Source of the DNA: Anthoceros angustus
Lineage: Eukaryota > Plantae > Anthocerotophyta
Reading direction: 5' to 3'
Length of the DNA: 64,000 bases
NCBI GenBank assembly: GCA_010909165.1
Contig: VJWM01000235.1
Location: 206,955 to 270,954 of the forward strand
Every line of letters starts with the position of its first letter. Position 1 is the stretch's first letter. A model generated the notes under the pieces. It was not told the origin of the DNA, ran no database searches, and saw only the letters and a program-made list of their open reading frames with translations. The position numbers and the translations under genes are program-made. Shown piece after piece: positions 60,486 through 64,000 of this stretch.

Positions 60486-63400
60486 CTCTCGAGTGGTCAA
60501 AGACAACACACTATATGGTCGACCGAGGTTCCTTGGTCTTTGGGTTCGTGAAACCATGGTTTGACGAACCATAGTTAACAAAACCCTGGAACCCTAGAAC
60601 CACAGCGTAGAATACCTTTGAACTTATTCGGAATGAAACGGATTTACACGAACTTTATATAGGGTCGCTGACGATATGGGTTTCCTTTGGTTCATGAAAA
60701 TCGCTATATATTTCTTGGACTTCGATAAATCATATTACGCCTCCTTGGGCTTCGGCGCATGGTCGGGTCTCGAGGTGAATTTTGGTACCAAACCTATGAC
60801 ACTTACGCCTATATATGCAATCAGAAAAATGGATAATAAACCATGCTTAGTTTGAGTTGGTTTCCGCCATGGTACATCCCGCGAAATGAAACATGTATCT
60901 GCTCCCGCCATGCCACCGAGACGAAGTCCATGTGACTGCTCATTCTCTCTTCTCCTTGTTCTTACCACATCCTGCCGTCAGGTTTCACCACATGCCGCGG
61001 ACTTTCACTACTTTGAAATTCTTAGTACGCAGAGCAGGCGCCAGACTGAAGGACACATCAGCAAGCGTGGTCTAAACCGGCTAAGGTTGAGGTATGTTCT
61101 CATTTTTTTTCCACCACCCCCTCCGCAAGCTGACCTTTCCAAAGCTCCCGTGAATCACAACCAGTCTCGTGTCGTAGATGCCTAAAACGACGAGGAAGAT
61201 CCAACCGCGAGCGGAGATCGACGAGACCCGCGCCCGCATGGCGCCTTAGTAGCGGAGATGCACCAGGAGGCCACGGTGACTAAGGACTAGGCCGACCCAA
61301 CTGTTAATTCACTTGAACTCGGAAGGGCGGCGCCAAATTGCTCGCGCTGGCCCCGAGCCCAAGGCAAGGGCGGCAGAAAAGAGCTGTGGCAAAGTCTCAA
61401 ATTGATGAAGAAGCCGGGAAAAGGAGAGGAGGAGGACGATGTTTTGCATCCTCAAGGCCTGTGGCTGCAAATGGAACGAGAGGGAGGGGAAAGCGTGGTG
61501 GGCAAGGTAAGGGTAAGATTCCCCGTGTGGGAGGGAGGGGATGGGGCCGGAGACAACGTGATGACGCTCCGACCGCGAGCTGGAAGGACCCAAAACCCGA
61601 GCTCCGGTCACTAGGGCATCGCCCGCCACATGTTCTGGAGAGGAGGAAGACCATGAAGAGGCTAGATTTTGAAGGATGAGTATATTTGGAGAAGGGGCAT
61701 GGGCTCACAAGCTCGTGGCACATGGAGAGCGATCTGCATGGAGGAAGGCGCCCGCCGGCTGTCAAGGCAAAAGTGGCGACAAGGATCACAGCCCCGGCCG
61801 CTAGACGGGTCTATCACCCTATAGAAGGGCCGCAGGATCGATGCACAGCCGCAGATGCCGCAAGGCGGTTAGGGGATGAAGAGGTAAAGCACCGGGCTGC
61901 AAAGACATCCATGAGTCCACGAAGACCCTTGCGCCCAAACCCGCCAGTGAAGCCAAACATGTCAAGACGTTGACGACGCTACCTTAAAGGTGTAAACCAT
62001 GATGCTCTATTGGTAGAAGGTGAAGAGAACGACCAATTCCAGAGCCCGCAGGAGAACACGAAGAAGCTTGAAGCTATCGATGATGGTACCCATAAGACAA
62101 AGATTCGTGGGGACTAATTTTGTGAAGCATGTGAAGAGGTGCAGAAGGAGCCTCAAACACTGCACTCTAAAGCTGAAGAGGGACACCGTCATCAAACAAA
62201 TGCTCATCTTCAACCAAATGAGCAAGACTTGAGGGTGGCTAATGTGGAGCAAGCAAAAGATGATATAGCCGAGGATGCAAGACGCAAGATCTTCCTGATG
62301 CCGTGATCGAGGAAGATGTCATATCATTCCTCCCAATGTCAGATTCTGACATAAAGTGCTCTAGGGGCCCAAGAGGAAAAGGGTGCACGATGTTCAAAGA
62401 CGATGTGCTTGCAGCCCATATCCATCCTTCGTAAGCCGCCTTCAATGTTTGTCGGGCCTATTATAGTTTCCAAGCTCGAATTTTTAGCCATGGATATGAA
62501 CTCCGCAGCCTCAAATTCGGGCCGTAGTTCTAATGTCGGATTTGGAGGCTCAAGGTACGGTTGTGTAAACGATCTAGGCTGAAACCTTAAAATGTGCCCC
62601 GGCGGAATTTTTTGTTTTTTTTTTGTAAGAGTGGTGTGAAAATAAGTCGATTGACTGAGTTGAGGATATTCATAGTAAAATGTCCTTGGCCTATGGAGTT
62701 CTTTTTGTTTTATTGCCTAGGTTAGATAATAAATGGTCCGGAAACTCTGTTCCTTGGCCCATGGACATCCACTACAAGGTCTATATATGGGTAGGGGTGG
62801 TTATTTGGGGTTTGCCCTAAGTTAGGGTCGATCACCGGGCGGTAGCCGAATGAGTGTGGGGTTGTGGATCGTGAGCGGTCGAGAAGACAACCAGTAGGGA
62901 AGCCAAACTTAACCCTAAGGAAACCGTAGGGTGACCGAGCGCTGCTCAAACGGCGGAGCGCCGCGCCGGAGCGATGGAGGAGTGGAGCGAACGCCGGAGC
63001 GTGAGGTCGCCGAGGAGCCGATTCGAGGCGACCGCGACCGCTGAGAGCGAGAGGGCGCGATCGTGGAGGGCCGCCAACCTCACCTGAAGTCGCAACTCAC
63101 TGGCGCCTCCCTCAGCTTCGTTGGCATAGATCCTCGGCCGCCCGCGCGGGCCTCACAGTACCTTCCAGGCGCTCACCCGGTGAAGAAACTTAGTCAGTCT
63201 GTCGAATGGACGGACTTCTCTTTCGGCCTCCGGCGTTTCCCTCTTGATCACGGCGCCTGCTTCCTCCTCGCCTCTGGGCCGCCTCCAAGCTGCTCACGGA
63301 GGAGCACCATCGCCTCCTTGTGGCTTCCACCTCACAGGTCTTCTCGGCCATCCCGCGAGACCCCGAGCATACCGTCCATGGCGGTGGCAGGACCATACGT

Positions 63401-64000
63401 GTCTCTTCCAGGCGCCATTAGTGAGGCCCCAAAAGTCCGTTGTGGGGCGGGCATCTCACGGTAAGGACCTCCATACCGCAGTCGGGCGAGTCGAGTGGGC
63501 TCTCGGACCTAATCGGGTCCCTTAGGTCTGATGCAGGGTCAGGGCCTCACCCTCCTTAGCCCTCTTGGCATGCCAATTCCTTAATCGCCCTCTTCGTCAC
63601 AGGGCTCGGAGGGTGAGGTTCAGGCCCACCTTGCCTCTCCCAGTCGGCAGGACCGGCTCAGTGAGGTTCTTGCCGGTGGCCTCCTGCTCCTTGCGTCTTT
63701 TCGCCCTTCTCACGCCTCTTGACCTCTTGCCACTCAGGTAGGCGGGGGCAAGAAACGCAGGTGCCGTCAGGAGTGTTGCGTTGGCGGGTGGCACCGTCTT
63801 CCGCCTCTTTGGCCCGAGTCCGTTTGGGCTCATCAATTTTGTGGGGTTGTGGTGCAGGGGCCGCGGCTCCATCTGGACCGCCTCTTGCCTTTGCTCGGTG
63901 AGGCACCAAGAGGAGGGGATATCTTCCCACACTTCCCTAGGTGGTGAGGGGTCCGTTCGAGACGTATGAGTCAGGAATCCCTCGATCGTCCTCCTCCGGA

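Overview
Repeat-rich nuclear DNA from a seed-free land plant. A hornwort is the best guess (inference from a GRP-terminating DYW:KP PPR gene, a nuclear copy of mitochondrial rps4 and short 68-94 bp GT-AG introns); a fern or lycophyte is not excluded. Supported host genes are one PLS-E-DYW:KP(GRP) RNA-editing factor with a truncated tandem paralogue, ISU/IscU, a nucleus-relocated mitochondrial rps4 and a spliced coiled-coil gene. The rest is mostly nested mobile DNA: a Ty1/copia remnant, CRE-like non-LTR fragments, two gag-like zinc-knuckle elements, CACTA ends, a tandem LTR array and several satellites. The top finding is an ~8.1 kb Ty3/gypsy retrotransposon (14641-22785, minus) with a cytosine-C5 DNA methyltransferase domain between protease and RT and an unusual split terminal-repeat layout. 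An AT-rich, intronless, partly duplicated Ser/Thr kinase island (8.3-10.8 kb) looks foreign. Many ORFs are broken by 1-bp indels that may be read errors, so pseudogene calls are provisional. All motif calls were made by eye with no database searches. No rRNA, tRNA or CRISPR features were seen.
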